Part shown: positions 1 through 11,726 of the stretch, in pieces | How positions within the stretch are numbered: position 1 is the first letter of the stretch | How the letters are laid out: every line of letters starts with the position of its first letter | NCBI GenBank assembly: GCA_963727895.1 | Contig: CAVSHT010000012.1 | Location: forward strand, 192,001 to 256,000 | Reading direction: 5' to 3' | From: an uncultured Methanosarcinaceae archaeon | Lineage (GTDB): Archaea > Halobacteriota > Methanosarcinia > Methanosarcinales > Methanosarcinaceae | Length of the DNA stretch: 64,000 bases | The notes under the pieces: model-generated | Database searches by the model: none | What the model was told of the DNA's origin: nothing | What the model saw: only the letters and a program-made list of their open reading frames with translations | Program-made: the position numbers and the translations under genes

Positions 1-535
1 CAATGTTTTTCGTACAATTTTCTCTTGTAGCTGACCAACTATATTTTTAATTTTAATTTTAATTTTCTCGATTTCAATAAGTTCTGCCTAAAAGATATAC
101 GGAAAATAAAACTAAATATTGGTTCTTCATATTTTTTTAAGTTTTATTCTCTTACTGACTTAATTTAAAATTAAGTTTTTGTGCTTAACAGTAGCTACTT
201 TATATGAGCATACATGATTGTTCATGACATGCTATGATTTTAATAAAAAACTTTCTTAAATATTTAGCTAAAAATCCTTTTCTACTATTATATCAAAACA
301 TATTTTATAAAACTAAATAACCAGATGAAACATCCGCTTTTTTTACAAATCTCTGGACGTTAAATTGAATTTAAACGTAATAAATATATTATATAATGAT
401 ATATTTATTTGGCCAATTAATCGTAAAGTAGGTCCGCTAAATGACTATCAATTCTAGACTTTGTAGTATTTAACCGTAAATTGACTCCAACAGACCTTTT
501 ACAATCCAGAATTTACCATAGGAGGAAAAAGGTCA

Positions 536-1648
536 ATGGCTCTTGATTTAGGAGTTTTAATTGGATTTCTTATAGTATTCCTGGCTGTATTGCTTGGCCC
601 TTTCAAAATACATGTTATTGAGGAAAACCTGGAAGCATTCCTGTTTGTATGTGGAGTACTTGCAATGACTCTGTCAGGTTTTGCAGTGATTCCTGGCGTA
701 GAAACCGGATGGAGTATGGAAATAATTAAAGAAGCATTAACTGCACCGTTACATGCTGGGGAAATAGCCGGAATTCCGATCGGAATATTTCAAATAGTGT
801 TGATTGTCGGCTTGATTATCTATAAATGGCATGCTCCAATCCATAAAGCAATCAGGAAACTGACAGATATGCTTTCAGTCCGAGTTCTGGCTTTCATTCT
901 CATCGTTGCCCTTGGCTTATCTTCCAGTATAATGTCCGCTATTCTTGCGGCAATTATTCTCGTTGAGGTAGTTAATGCAATGCCTCTCTCACGAAAATCT
1001 AAAATAAATCTCACGATCATCGCATGTTTCTCAATCGGTCTTGGCGCTGCGCTTACCCCTCTTGGAGAACCTCTTTCAACAATCGCCATTTCAAAACTCT
1101 CTGGTGAACCTTACCATGCCGATTTCATGTTCTTGTTTAATATGCTGGGAAAATATATTTTTTCCGGAATCCTTCTATATGGTATTCTTGGAGTTTTCTT
1201 CCTCGGAAAAACAGATATAAAAGAACACGAAATGGAATCAGCAGACTATAACGAAACCATAAAAGACGTCATAATGAGGGCTGTTAAGGTTTACGTGTTT
1301 ATTGCTGCGCTAGTGTTGCTAGGAGAAGGTTTCAAGCCTATAATCTTCGAATACTTTATCCAGGTTCCTTCTGTGGCACTCTACTGGATCAATATGGTTT
1401 CCGCTGTCCTTGACAATGCTACTCTGGCAGCTGCTGAGATCGGGCCTATACTTAGTGAATTTCAGATAAAAAGTGTACTTATGGGGCTTTTAATTTCAGG
1501 AGGGATGCTAATTCCTGGAAATATCCCGAATATTATCTCTGCGAGCAAATTGGATATAACTAGCAAAGAATGGGCAAAGCTTGGATTGCCTCTAGGACTT
1601 GCTTCGATGATCCTTTACTTCCTAGAGCTATTTGTACTCGATATCTGA
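536..1648 (+). CDS. DUF1646-family multi-pass membrane protein (putative cation transporter)
   Basis: 370-aa hydrophobic ORF; GLGAALTPLGEPLST and LDNATLAAAE motifs; AGGAGG SD upstream. Confidence 0.75.
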   Translation: MALDLGVLIGFLIVFLAVLLGPFKIHVIEENLEAFLFVCGVLAMTLSGFAVIPGVETGWSMEIIKEALTAPLHAGEIAGIPIGIFQIVLIVGLIIYKWHAPIHKAIRKLTDMLSVRVLAFILIVALGLSSSIMSAILAAIILVEVVNAMPLSRKSKINLTIIACFSIGLGAALTPLGEPLSTIAISKLSGEPYHADFMFLFNMLGKYIFSGILLYGILGVFFLGKTDIKEHEMESADYNETIKDVIMRAVKVYVFIAALVLLGEGFKPIIFEYFIQVPSVALYWINMVSAVLDNATLAAAEIGPILSEFQIKSVLMGLLISGGMLIPGNIPNIISASKLDITSKEWAKLGLPLGLASMILYFLELFVLDI

Positions 1649-1972
1649 CTTTTAAGTAAGTAACTTAAACCTATTTTTTTATTTTTATTTATTTAATTTT
1701 TTGAAACTTATCATATTGATTCTTTTTACAGCCAGCAAATTCATATTACTTCTTTTTCTAGTTCTAAAACTCCTTATTTGCCTAGTTTTTCCATATATCG
1801 GGAATTCCTTCCTTTTTTTCTCTTCATTTACCTTTCTGCTTTTGATCTATATTTACTTCAGACAAATAAACAAGTTTTTATTTATGTTCAGTTACTTCCT
1901 TCAATCAGGACTACTAATTCTATCTAACGATATTCTATTCCATAATTGATTTATTCAGTCAGGAGGAAAATA

Positions 1973-3259
1973 ATGCGAAGGGACTATATAGACACGGGTT
2001 ATAGCCCAAAAGATACCGATCTAATTTGTGAATTTCATCTCGAACCGTCAGTAGGAGTGAATTTTGAGGATGCTGCAACCCATATGACAGGGGAAAGTTC
2101 TATAGATTCCTGGACTGAAATCTCAACATTAAGTCCCGAACTTGGAGCGAAATTAAAGCCTCACGTCTTTTACGTGGACGAAGCAGCACAGACTGTACGG
2201 GTGGCTTATTCTGAAGAACTTTTTGAACCGGGTTCGGTTCCACAGGTACTCAGTGCGGTTGCAGGAAATATCTTGAGCATGAAAATTGTTGACAACTTAA
2301 GGCTACAGGATATTGCTTTCCCTAAATCGATGTTACGTGAGTTCAAAGGCCCTAAATTCGGGTTGCCAGGTATTAGAAAACTTACAGGTGTGCAGGAAAG
2401 GCCTCTTATAGGAACTATTGTCAAACCAAAGGTTGGTTTGACCTCTGAAAAGCACGCCGAGGTTGCTTATAATTCCTTTATAGGGGGTTGCGATCTTGTC
2501 AAGGATGATGAAAATCTTACGGATCAAGGATTCAACCGCTTTGAAAAAAGAGCTGAACTCACTCTGAAACTTGCAGAAAAGGCAGAATATGAGACCGGAG
2601 AGCGTAAAATGTATCTCTGTAACATTACTGCCCCAACCTGTAAGGAAATGATTCGCCGCATGAATATTCTTAAAGATCTGGGTGCCAGCTATGCGATGAT
2701 CGACATAGTACCTGCAGGCTGGACTGCGCTTCAGACCCTCAGGGAAGAGGTTGAAGATAGTGGTCTTGCACTTCATGCTCATCGCTGTATGCATTCGGCA
2801 TATACTCGAAATCCACGTCATGGGATAAGTATGCTTGTAGTTGCCAAGCTTTGCAGACTAATCGGGCTTGATCAGCTTCATATAGGTACGGTCGTAGGGA
2901 AAATGCACGGAGAAAAACATGAAGTTCTGACTCTTAGGGATGAATGTTTACTCGACAGTGTGCCTGCGGACGAAAGCCAGCACGTACTTGCTCAGGATTG
3001 GGGTAGATTAAATCCTATGTTTCCGGTTGCTTCAGGAGGGCTTGCCCCTACTATGATTCCTGACCTGTACTCTATTTTTGGAAAAGATGTAATTATGCAG
3101 TTTGGTGGTGGAATTCATGCTCATCCTATGGGTACGGCGGCTGGAGCTACTGCTTGCAGGCAGGCATTTGAAGCAACCCTTGAAAGAGTTAGCCTGAAGG
3201 AATATGCGAAAAATCACAGAGAACTTGGAGTTGCGATTGATAAGTGGCTGAAAAAATAA
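1973..3259 (+). CDS. rbcL: Form III ribulose-1,5-bisphosphate carboxylase (RuBisCO)
   Basis: GTIVKPKVG, DLVKDDE catalytic motif, HAHR, SGG and GGGIHAHP motifs; AGGAGG SD before ATG 1973 (ORF track starts earlier at TTG 1946). Confidence 0.93.
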   Translation: MRRDYIDTGYSPKDTDLICEFHLEPSVGVNFEDAATHMTGESSIDSWTEISTLSPELGAKLKPHVFYVDEAAQTVRVAYSEELFEPGSVPQVLSAVAGNILSMKIVDNLRLQDIAFPKSMLREFKGPKFGLPGIRKLTGVQERPLIGTIVKPKVGLTSEKHAEVAYNSFIGGCDLVKDDENLTDQGFNRFEKRAELTLKLAEKAEYETGERKMYLCNITAPTCKEMIRRMNILKDLGASYAMIDIVPAGWTALQTLREEVEDSGLALHAHRCMHSAYTRNPRHGISMLVVAKLCRLIGLDQLHIGTVVGKMHGEKHEVLTLRDECLLDSVPADESQHVLAQDWGRLNPMFPVASGGLAPTMIPDLYSIFGKDVIMQFGGGIHAHPMGTAAGATACRQAFEATLERVSLKEYAKNHRELGVAIDKWLKK

Positions 3260-3303
3260 GCTGGAAAAGAGTAACATAAAAAATATAATGGAGTTTACCT
3301 CTT

Positions 3304-4404
3304 GTGCAGGCAGAAGACGGAAATAAAGTAAAAACCCTCGTTTTCCGGGTTTCCAATGAAAATTTTGATTCCGTCCTTAACAGGGCGGCAGAGATTATCA
3401 AGAGTGGCGGAACTGTAGCTTTCCCAACGGAAACTGTCTACGGGCTTGGAGCTGACTGTCTTAATTCCGAGTCAGTATTAAAGATTTTTGAGGCAAAAAA
3501 GCGTCCTCCAGGAAATCCTCTTAGCCTGCTTGTTCATTCAAGGGAAGATGTTGAGAAAGTGGCAAGAAATATTCCAGAAAATGCTTTCAAGCTAATGGAT
3601 TCTTTCTGGCCTGGTCCTCTTACAATTGTCCTTGAAAAAAAAGATATTGTTCCCGACATTACCTCCGGAAAACTGAAATCAATAGGAGTCCGCATGCCTG
3701 ACCATAAAATTCCTCTGGAACTCATACAGAGGGCAGGCACACCTCTTGCTGCTCCCAGTGCTAACCTCTCAGGAAAGCCCAGTCCGAGCTTTGCAGCTCA
3801 TGTCATCTCGGATCTAACAGGCAGGATTGATGTAATTCTTGATGGGGGAGAGGCTGCTATAGGTCTTGAATCAACTGTAATTGATATGACTGTCGATCCG
3901 CCTGATGTGCTAAGGCCCGGAGCCATAAGTATCAAAGAACTTGAAAGCGTTATAGGAAAGGTAAGATCAGGATACAAAACCGAAACCGGGAATGAATCAG
4001 ATCTTTCGGAAAAGAAGGCAGGTCAAAAATACGGGCATTACACGCCTGACACAAAGGTTGTTCTTGTCGAAGGAGAAGGTAAACAGGTTTTGCAGGAGCT
4101 TATTAAATTACTTGAGAGTTACATATCTCAGGGGCTGAAAGTCGGGCTTCTTCTCAGTGAGGAAACCATTAAGGAAATTGAGGTCTTCTTTGCTTTGAAA
4201 AACTTAGAACCATATGAGTGCTTTTTGCTGGGATCCAGGAAAAAACCTGAAATAGCTGCCAAGAAACTTTTTGAAGGTCTAAGAAAGCTTGATAAGAAAG
4301 GGCTGGATGTAATTGTGGCTGATGGATCTTTCAGTCGCTTAGGGCTTGGGGAAGCGTTAATTAACCGGTTGAGGGAAGCTTCTTCCATAAAGATTGCTGT
4401 TTAA
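3304..4404 (+). CDS. sua5: L-threonylcarbamoyladenylate synthase (Sua5/YwlC)
   Basis: VAFPTETVYGLGA, FWPGPLT, AAPSANLSG, GLESTV, HY-P linker and C-terminal SUA5 domain. Confidence 0.93.
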   Translation: MQAEDGNKVKTLVFRVSNENFDSVLNRAAEIIKSGGTVAFPTETVYGLGADCLNSESVLKIFEAKKRPPGNPLSLLVHSREDVEKVARNIPENAFKLMDSFWPGPLTIVLEKKDIVPDITSGKLKSIGVRMPDHKIPLELIQRAGTPLAAPSANLSGKPSPSFAAHVISDLTGRIDVILDGGEAAIGLESTVIDMTVDPPDVLRPGAISIKELESVIGKVRSGYKTETGNESDLSEKKAGQKYGHYTPDTKVVLVEGEGKQVLQELIKLLESYISQGLKVGLLLSEETIKEIEVFFALKNLEPYECFLLGSRKKPEIAAKKLFEGLRKLDKKGLDVIVADGSFSRLGLGEALINRLREASSIKIAV

Positions 4405-4456
4405 GCTCAAATACGTGCAAATTTGAGATTCGTTTATTGTTTGAGAGGGAAGGATT

Positions 4457-4690
4457 TTGAACGCCGAGAAAAAGGAAAATCTAGCAAAAACGCAGGCTTA
4501 TAAAAAAGTGGTAACTCAGAATAAAAAGATAAATAAGATTAACCTTGTAGTGTTGGCTGCAGGTCTGCTTTTAATAATTCTGGGCATGGAAAAGGTAGGA
4601 AGCTATCTTATCTGGGTAGGTATTTTTGTCCTATTTGTAACTACAATTTCAAACATTCTTGCATCAGGTTCTCTTCGCAAGCAGAGATAA
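4457..4690 (+). CDS. Small two-TM hypothetical membrane protein
   Basis: 77 aa, basic N-terminus plus two hydrophobic helices; purine-rich SD; fills the gap between sua5 and DP2. Confidence 0.6.
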   Translation: MNAEKKENLAKTQAYKKVVTQNKKINKINLVVLAAGLLLIILGMEKVGSYLIWVGIFVLFVTTISNILASGSLRKQR

Positions 4691-4737
4691 TATTGATTTA
4701 ACATTGATTTTTTTCTTTTTTAAAGGGGCGTTTTCAA

Positions 4738-7700
4738 ATGGGAGAAACAATTGCAAGTAAGGAAATGCACGAATATTTTGACGAACTTGAAACAAGACTC
4801 AAAGCGGCTATAAAGATTGCAAATATAGCTCGAGCTCGTGGAAGCGACCCAAAGCCCGTTGTAGAGATTCCCCTTGCCAAGGATCTTGCTGATAGAGTTG
4901 AGAACCTTATAGGAGTAGAAGGTGTAGCTGCAAAGATCCGGGAACTCGAAGAAAAAATGTCAAGGGAAGAATCTGCTCTAGAAATAGGTCGTCAGGTTGC
5001 AGAAGGAGAAGTAGGGAACTTCCCAACAAAAAAGGATGCAGTTGAAGCTGCGATCCGGGTTTCCATGGCCGTCATTACAGAAGGGGTAGTTGCAGCTCCG
5101 ATTGAAGGAATTAATAAGGTAGAACTGGGAAAGAACGACGATGGTTCAGAGTATATCCGGATTTTTATTCCGGACCCATCCGGAGTGCAGGTGGAACAGC
5201 CCAGGCTCTTTCCGTGCTCGTTGGTGATTACGTAAGGCGTGGGATAGGGATTGACCGATATAAGCCAAGACCTGAGGAAGTAGAGCGTTATGTAGAAGAG
5301 ATCGTTCTTTACAAGAGAGTCGCAAGTTTGCAGTATATGCCTTCGGAAGATGAGATCCGTTTGATAGTCAAGAATTGTCCTGTATGTATTGATGGAGACC
5401 CAACCGAGGAAGCTGAGGTTGAAGGGCACAGAGATCTCGAAAGAATCGGAACAAATCGCATTAGAGGGGGAATGTGCCTTGTGCTTGCCGAAGGGCTTGC
5501 CCTTAAAGCTCCCAAAGTCAAGAAACACGTTAATAAGTTGAATATGGACGGATGGGACTGGCTGGATATTCTCATAGGGGGTGCAAAAACCGGAGGCGAT
5601 GAAGAGGATGATCAGAAGAACAAAATCAAGCCAAAGGATAAGTATATAAGAGATCTGATTGCAGGCAGGCCAGTTTTCTCCCATCCTTCAAGACCAGGAG
5701 GATTCAGACTCCGCTATGGACGTTCCAGAAATACTTCTTTTGCGGCTGCTGGGATCAATCCGTCTACTATGGTTTTGCTTGACGATTTTATCTCTAATGG
5801 AACTCAACTCAAGGTCGAAAGGCCTGGGAAAGCTGCAGCCATGTCTGCTGTCGATTCAATAGAAGGACCAACTGTGCGTCTTTATTCCGGAGATCTTGTC
5901 CGTGTAGACGATATAAAAGAAGCTTATGAGATTCGCTCGCAGGTCGAGGTAATAGTAGATATCGGAGAAATCCTGATCAATTATGGGGATTTTCTGGAAA
6001 ACAATCATCCTCTCATGCCTTCACCTTATGTTTTTGAATGGTGGATTTATGACTATGAAGCAGCTTGCTCTGAGAAAATACCTGAAGAAAAATTAAAAAA
6101 TCCGTCGGCAACTCTGGCTCTTAGGCTTGCGGAGGAATATGATGTACCTCTACATCCGAAGTTTACGTATCTGTGGCACGATATTAATAGAAACGAGTTT
6201 GAGGCTTTAAGGAAATTAGTGATTGAGGACGGGAGTTTTTCGGTTGAAAGTGGAATTCTTAAGCTTCCCATGAAAGTTTGTGTGGATACAGGAATCAAAC
6301 TTATACTTGAAAAACTTCTTGTACTTCACAGGGTAAAAGCTGACACAATCCTAATTGAAAAAGCTCTTCCTTTTATCTCTTGTCTTGGACTTGACTGTAA
6401 TCTTAAAGAAAAGATTAAAATGCCTGATACCGATAATATGGTAAATGCTGCATCTCTTTTAAGTGGGTTTAAAGTTCTTCCAAGGGCTCCTTCGAGGATA
6501 GGGGCTAGGATGGGAAGACCGGAAAAAGCAAACATGCGAAAGATGTCTCCTGCAGCCCAGGTTCTTTTTCCAATAGGTAATGCTGGAGGAATTACGAGGA
6601 ATCTTGTATCTGCTTCAAGTTATTCGGCTTCCATGAATGGACAAATAGGTGAAATTGAAGTGGAGATGGGAATAAGGAAATGCCTTGACTGTGGAAAAGA
6701 AACTTATTTATGGCGTTGTGACTGTGGAGGATATACTTCTCCCAAGCTCTCCTGCCCTCGTTGCAAGATTGAGGTTCAAGGTTCTGAAACTTGTCCCAAA
6801 TGCGGTAAAAAGCTAACTTCTGTTTCAAATGTCAAACTGGATTTTCGTTCCATCTACAAACAGGCCTTTGAAAACGTAGGGGAAAGGGAAAAAATGGACC
6901 TTATCAAAGGTGTAAAAAGGCTTATGAACGGGCAGATGACTCCGGAACCTTTAGAAAAGGGAATCTTGAGGGCAAAACATGGTATTTATATTTTTAAGGA
7001 TGGAACTGTCCGCTATGATATGTCAGATATCCCACTTACACATATCCGGGCTGATGAAATCGGAATAACAGCAGTTAAACTTAGGGAACTCGGTTATGTA
7101 GAAGACGTTTACGGAAATCCTCTTGAAAGAGATGATCAAGTTGTCTGCCTGAAAGTCCAGGATCTTGTGATTTCTTATGATGGTGGAGAGTATATGTTGC
7201 GTACCGCACAATACGTGGATGACCTGCTTGTGAAATATTACGGCGTTGAGCCCTACTACAATGCCAAAACAATCCAGGATCTGGTGGGTGTACTACTCAT
7301 TGGGCTTGCTCCGCACACTTCGGCAGGCGTACTAGGACGTTTAATAGGGTTTACTAAAGCTTCAGTTGGGTATGCTCATCCTTTCTTTCATGCGTCAAAA
7401 CGCAGGAATTGTGACGGAGACGAGGATTGTGTAATGCTTCTCATGGATGGAATCCTTAATTTTTCTAGATCTTATCTTCCAGATAAAAGGGGTGGAAAAA
7501 TGGATGCTCCTCTTGTGCTTACTACTAGAATTGATCCCAAGGAAGTAGACAAGGAAGCGCATAATATAGACGTGTCTGCCAGATATCCTCTGGAGTTCTA
7601 TAAGGCTACCCAGGAAATCAAAAATCCTACAGAGCTTGAAGATATTATGGATCTGGTGAGTAGCCGACTTGGGACACCGGAACAGTATGAGCATTTTATG

Positions 7701-8165
7701 TTTACACATGATACTTCTGATATTGCTGCAGGCCCTCTTAATTCTTCATATAAAACTCTAGGAAGCATGATTGAAAAAATGGAAGCTCAACTTTCACTTG
7801 CCAATAAAATAAGGGCAGTGGATGCTCCAGATGTGGCTGAAAGAGTGCTAAAGTCTCATTTTCTACCTGATCTCATGGGAAATCTCCGTTCTTTTTCAAG
7901 GCAGCGGATGCGCTGTATAAAGTGTGGAGAAAAATTCAGGCGACCTCCTCTTACAGGAGCCTGTCCTAAATGTGGAGGTAATGTAGTGCTGACTGTGCAC
8001 GAAGGAGCTGTCCGCAAATATCTTGAGATTTCAAAGGAAATTGGAGAAAGGTATGGAGTTTCCAGTTATACCCAGCAGAGAATTGAACTTCTGGATAAAG
8101 ATATATGTTCTCTATTCGAAAATCACAAAAGTAAACAAATGGGACTTTCGGAGTTTATGTCTTGA
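4738..8165 (+). CDS. polC: DNA polymerase D large subunit (DP2), with a 1-nt frameshift at 5162-5166
   Basis: ORFs 4738..5235 and 5214..8165 join into one DP2 when one T is added to the T5 run ([28 protein letters not shown]); catalytic RRNCDGDED, Zn-finger Cys clusters; no intein. Confidence 0.92.
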
Positions 8166-8221
8166 TATTCGCGCTGAGAAGTTAATCTCAAATCTTATTT
8201 TGAGTTCTGGTTTAATCTGAT

Positions 8222-9457
8222 TTATTCTACAGGTAGCCCAAGAGAATTAATTTGCTCTATAAGCTCAGTAAAGTTTTCAATTTCCAGTTCCAAAACTTCT
8301 TCTTTTTTCATACCTATTGACATTTCGCCGTCTACGGACAGACTTTCAGGACCTCTACGAACAAGCCTGTCAATGCCGTCTTTTTTAAGTGCTTCTTTAA
8401 CTTCCATATCATGTACAAAGGCTCTTCCAGGGATAAATACAGTCTCATTTACTTCTGAAAGGTCCAACTTCTTGAAATCTTCAATGGTAATGAGGCATCC
8501 AATGTCTTTCTTTAGAGACACGACATTTACAGAACCTCCAAGTGTTTCAAAGATTTCTCTCAGCCTTGGAGCTGCTATCTGACCTGTAATGACAGTTGCT
8601 CTTTTTGTTATTCTTGGGAGTTTTTCCAGGGCTTCTGGATCATTCCGGATAGCAAAAGGAGAACCAATTAAAGGATCTTCGAGCGGGGTTCCTGTAATCC
8701 TCATAGAAGGATGCTTTGCTGCCGAGCTGCGCACTAGCTCAGTAAATTCTTCAACAGTATGTGGAATTACGCTAGGAATGATAGGAGCATTGTTCAGGAT
8801 AAGCCCGTTTTCTTGAAAGTTTGCAAATCGCATCAGGATAGCTCCTTTTGCGCCCATATTTTCTAAGTCACTGAGGGTTCTATCGAGAGTTTCTCCGTCG
8901 TTTACTCCCGAAATGAGCACAATCGCCCCATATACATTACAATGAGCACAGAAGTCATGAAGAACCTGTAACGAAGCTTCAGGTTCCGGGTCTTTCATGT
9001 ACTCAGCTCTTAAAACCGGATCAGTTGCAAAAACTGTATAACTTACCTCTGTGACCCCATGATCTATATAGAAAGAAGCATCATCAAAATTGCTGAACCC
9101 TTTTCCGCTTGTGTATCCTAGATGTATCGGAATTTTGAACTGGGACAAGAATTCGACAAGCATTTTAAGTTCTGGATAACAGCTCAAATCGCCTCCACCA
9201 CTGATGGTGAATTTTTTTACCTCCCCACTTGAGAAATAGAGCTTTCCAGCAGTTTCCTCCAGTACTATTTGGAGCGGTTTGAAACCTGTATATGACTCTT
9301 TTACACTGCGAGTGCAGTAGTCACATCCTTTTTTGAAAGGAAGGCAATACTTACAGCCTAAGGGCTGAATTTCTTTTACTTTTTTAAAATAACAATATCT
9401 GCAAAAACCTCTGCAATCTACCCCTGGATTCCCACCTACGTCGACAGTTACTTCCAT
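8222..9457 (-). CDS. mmp10: Methanogenesis marker protein 10, radical SAM MCR arginine methylase
   Basis: [12 protein letters not shown] start, CRGFCRYC radical SAM motif plus CKYC/CDYC; divergent from mcrB; ATG 9457 preferred over upstream AT-rich extension. Confidence 0.93.
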   Translation of the reverse strand: MEVTVDVGGNPGVDCRGFCRYCYFKKVKEIQPLGCKYCLPFKKGCDYCTRSVKESYTGFKPLQIVLEETAGKLYFSSGEVKKFTISGGGDLSCYPELKMLVEFLSQFKIPIHLGYTSGKGFSNFDDASFYIDHGVTEVSYTVFATDPVLRAEYMKDPEPEASLQVLHDFCAHCNVYGAIVLISGVNDGETLDRTLSDLENMGAKGAILMRFANFQENGLILNNAPIIPSVIPHTVEEFTELVRSSAAKHPSMRITGTPLEDPLIGSPFAIRNDPEALEKLPRITKRATVITGQIAAPRLREIFETLGGSVNVVSLKKDIGCLITIEDFKKLDLSEVNETVFIPGRAFVHDMEVKEALKKDGIDRLVRRGPESLSVDGEMSIGMKKEEVLELEIENFTELIEQINSLGLPVE

Positions 9458-9723
9458 ATTAAACTTTCGTATTAATAAGATATTACTAAATCTTTTTGGT
9501 ATGACTCTTAAGTATAAAATTATCTTATTAAAATTATTAATATATTTTTTTACGCATGAGTCAAAAAATTTTTCTATATAATTTCTTTTATTTTCCACAT
9601 CTTTAAGTAATGTTAATGTTCTATTTTTTCGACTGATCTCGTTTTATTGTATAATTCTTAAAAAATAATTCTCATATTAATAAAATATATTTTAAAAAAA
9701 TATATGAATTCATTGAGCGAAAA

Positions 9724-9876
9724 ACACAAAAGATTTAAGTACCTTCCAAACGAATGAGATTTCATTGGGAAAGTGGACACTTAAAAACGAAGCGGTACTT
9801 GATTTATGAAGTGCAAAAGCACTTGAATAGGTGACCAGTCCCAAAATGATTTTAATAAATTAAGGAGGAAATTAAA
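9724..9876 (+). promoter_or_regulatory. mcrB promoter (BRE/TATA), 5' leader and SD
   Basis: AAAAGA-TTTAAGTA (TATA 9734-9741) and GGTGACCAGTCCCAAAATGATTTTAATAAATTAAGGAGGAAATT resemble the Methanosarcina PmcrB used in genetic tools (from recall). Confidence 0.85.
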
Positions 9877-11181
9877 GTGTCTGACACAGTAGACATCTAC
9901 GACGACAGAGGAAAACTGCTCGAGAGCAAAGTCGACATTCTGAGCCTTGCTCCAACAAGAAACGCAGCAATTAAAAAGATTATCATGGACACCAAGAGGT
10001 CTGTAGCAGTCAACCTCGCAGGTATTCAGGGTGCACTTGCCAGCGGTAAGATGGGCGGTAAGGGCCGTCAGATCTTAGGCCGTGGGCTCAACTACGATAT
10101 TGTAGGCAATGCTGATGCAATTGCAGAAAAAGTTCAAAAGCTCGTCCAGGTCGAAGAAGGCGACGATACCAACATCATCAAAGTCAAGGGCGGAAAGAGC
10201 CTCTTGATCCAGTCCCCTCAATCTAGGATAATTGCAGGTGCTGACTTCATGTCCGCAACTACAGTTGGTGCAGCAGCAGTCACCCAGACGATTCTGGACA
10301 TGTTCGGAACTGATCCTTATGATGCCCCCATCGTAAAAGCAGCTGTTTGGGGAAGCTACCCACAGACAATGGATCTCATGGGAGGCCAGGTTCAGAGTAT
10401 TCTCAGTATCCCCCAGAACAATGAAGGTCTCGGTTTCTCCCTCAGGAACATTATGGCAAACCACGTTGCAGCAATTGCCAATCGGAATGCTATGAATGCA
10501 TCAGCTCTCTCTTCCATCTACGAACAGGCTGGTATTTACGAGATGGGTGGAGCAGTCGGTATGTTCGAGAGACATCAGCTCCTCGGGCTTGCATATCAGG
10601 GTCTCAATGCCAACAATCTTTTATATGACATTGTGAAAGAAAACGGTAAGCACGGTACCATTGGAACTGTTATCGAATCCGTTGTTCACAGGGCGATTGA
10701 AGCAGGTATTATTTCCGTTGACAAGACCGCTCCTTCTGGATACAAGTTCTATAAGGCAAATGATGTTCCAAAGTGGAATGCTTGTGCAGCAGTCGGTACT
10801 CTTGCAGCTACCCTGGTTAACTGTGGTGCAGGCCGTGCAGCTCAGAACGTTTCCTCAACACTTCTTTACTTCAACGATATCCTTGAAAAGGAGACCGGTC
10901 TCCCAGGATGCGACTACGGTAAAGTAGAAGGTACCGCAGTAGGTTTCTCATTCTTCAGTCACTCCATTTATGGTGGCGGTGGGCCTGGTGTCTTCAACGG
11001 TAACCACGTTGTTACCAGACACTCCAGAGGATTCGCAATTCCCTGCGTATGTGCAGCAGTAGCTCTTGATGCAGGTACCCAGATGTTCACAATCGAATCT
11101 ACCTCAGGTCTGATTGGTGACGTGTTTGGTGGAATTAAGGAATTCCGCGAGCCGATTAAGGCAGTTGCAGGAGCTCTCTAA
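9877..11181 (+). CDS. mcrB: Methyl-coenzyme M reductase beta subunit
   Basis: MSDTVDIYDDRG start, FFSHSIYGGGGPG motif, 434 aa. Confidence 0.99.
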   Translation: MSDTVDIYDDRGKLLESKVDILSLAPTRNAAIKKIIMDTKRSVAVNLAGIQGALASGKMGGKGRQILGRGLNYDIVGNADAIAEKVQKLVQVEEGDDTNIIKVKGGKSLLIQSPQSRIIAGADFMSATTVGAAAVTQTILDMFGTDPYDAPIVKAAVWGSYPQTMDLMGGQVQSILSIPQNNEGLGFSLRNIMANHVAAIANRNAMNASALSSIYEQAGIYEMGGAVGMFERHQLLGLAYQGLNANNLLYDIVKENGKHGTIGTVIESVVHRAIEAGIISVDKTAPSGYKFYKANDVPKWNACAAVGTLAATLVNCGAGRAAQNVSSTLLYFNDILEKETGLPGCDYGKVEGTAVGFSFFSHSIYGGGGPGVFNGNHVVTRHSRGFAIPCVCAAVALDAGTQMFTIESTSGLIGDVFGGIKEFREPIKAVAGAL

Positions 11182-11204
11182 ACAATAACTTAAAAGGTCT
11201 AAAG

Positions 11205-11720
11205 ATGTCAGACTCTGCTTCAAATACTGAAGATTCTATTCAAATCGAAATTTTTCCCAGTAGAATCCTGTCCCCTGAAACAGCTCAGAAGCTTATGGCT
11301 GAAATCTACAACGTGGACGGGGTAATCCGTGCTATAGTGCAGGGCAACAGACTACCTGATAAAGTGTCTGCCGGCCCTGGTACCGGAGAAAAAGTAGAAC
11401 ATCCACTGAGAAAGCCTATTCAGATTGGAGATCAGGTTATTGAATTGAAGATCTGTGTGGGTAGGATCAGGGTTGAACTTTCAAACGCCGAAGCTAAAGA
11501 AAAGATCAGGGAAGTATGCGAAAAATTGTTCCCTTTCCCCTTTGAATTTAGGGAAGGACATTTTCTCAAAAAGAAGCCTACTGTTACTGACTATGCTAAA
11601 CTTGGTCCTGAAGCAGATCCTCGGTTACTTGGTATGGTAGATCCTAAAGCCAGTACTGATCAGCTCGTCTTTATTGAGAAACAGGAGAAGAAAGAAGAGA
11701 AAAAGGATAAAGATGAGTGA
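11205..11720 (+). CDS. mcrD: Methyl-coenzyme M reductase operon protein D
   Basis: IEIFPSRILSPETA, GPGTG, PTVTDYAK; operon position. Confidence 0.97.
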   Translation: MSDSASNTEDSIQIEIFPSRILSPETAQKLMAEIYNVDGVIRAIVQGNRLPDKVSAGPGTGEKVEHPLRKPIQIGDQVIELKICVGRIRVELSNAEAKEKIREVCEKLFPFPFEFREGHFLKKKPTVTDYAKLGPEADPRLLGMVDPKASTDQLVFIEKQEKKEEKKDKDE

Positions 11721-11726
11721 AAAAAT

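Noticed and set aside
1701..1949. 82-aa Phe/Leu-rich ORF and similar AT-rich short ORFs (14787, 18497, 22683, 32245, 56007)
   Set aside because: Low-complexity translations of T-rich intergenic DNA with no SD or motifs
1973..3259. RuBisCO as evidence of a Calvin cycle or a novel carbon-fixation cluster
   Set aside because: Form III RuBisCO is well known in Methanosarcina; no phosphoribulokinase or small subunit is nearby
4738..8165. Intein in DP2 as the cause of the split
   Set aside because: The joined protein is about 1140 aa with continuous motifs and no intein signature; the split is a 1-nt indel
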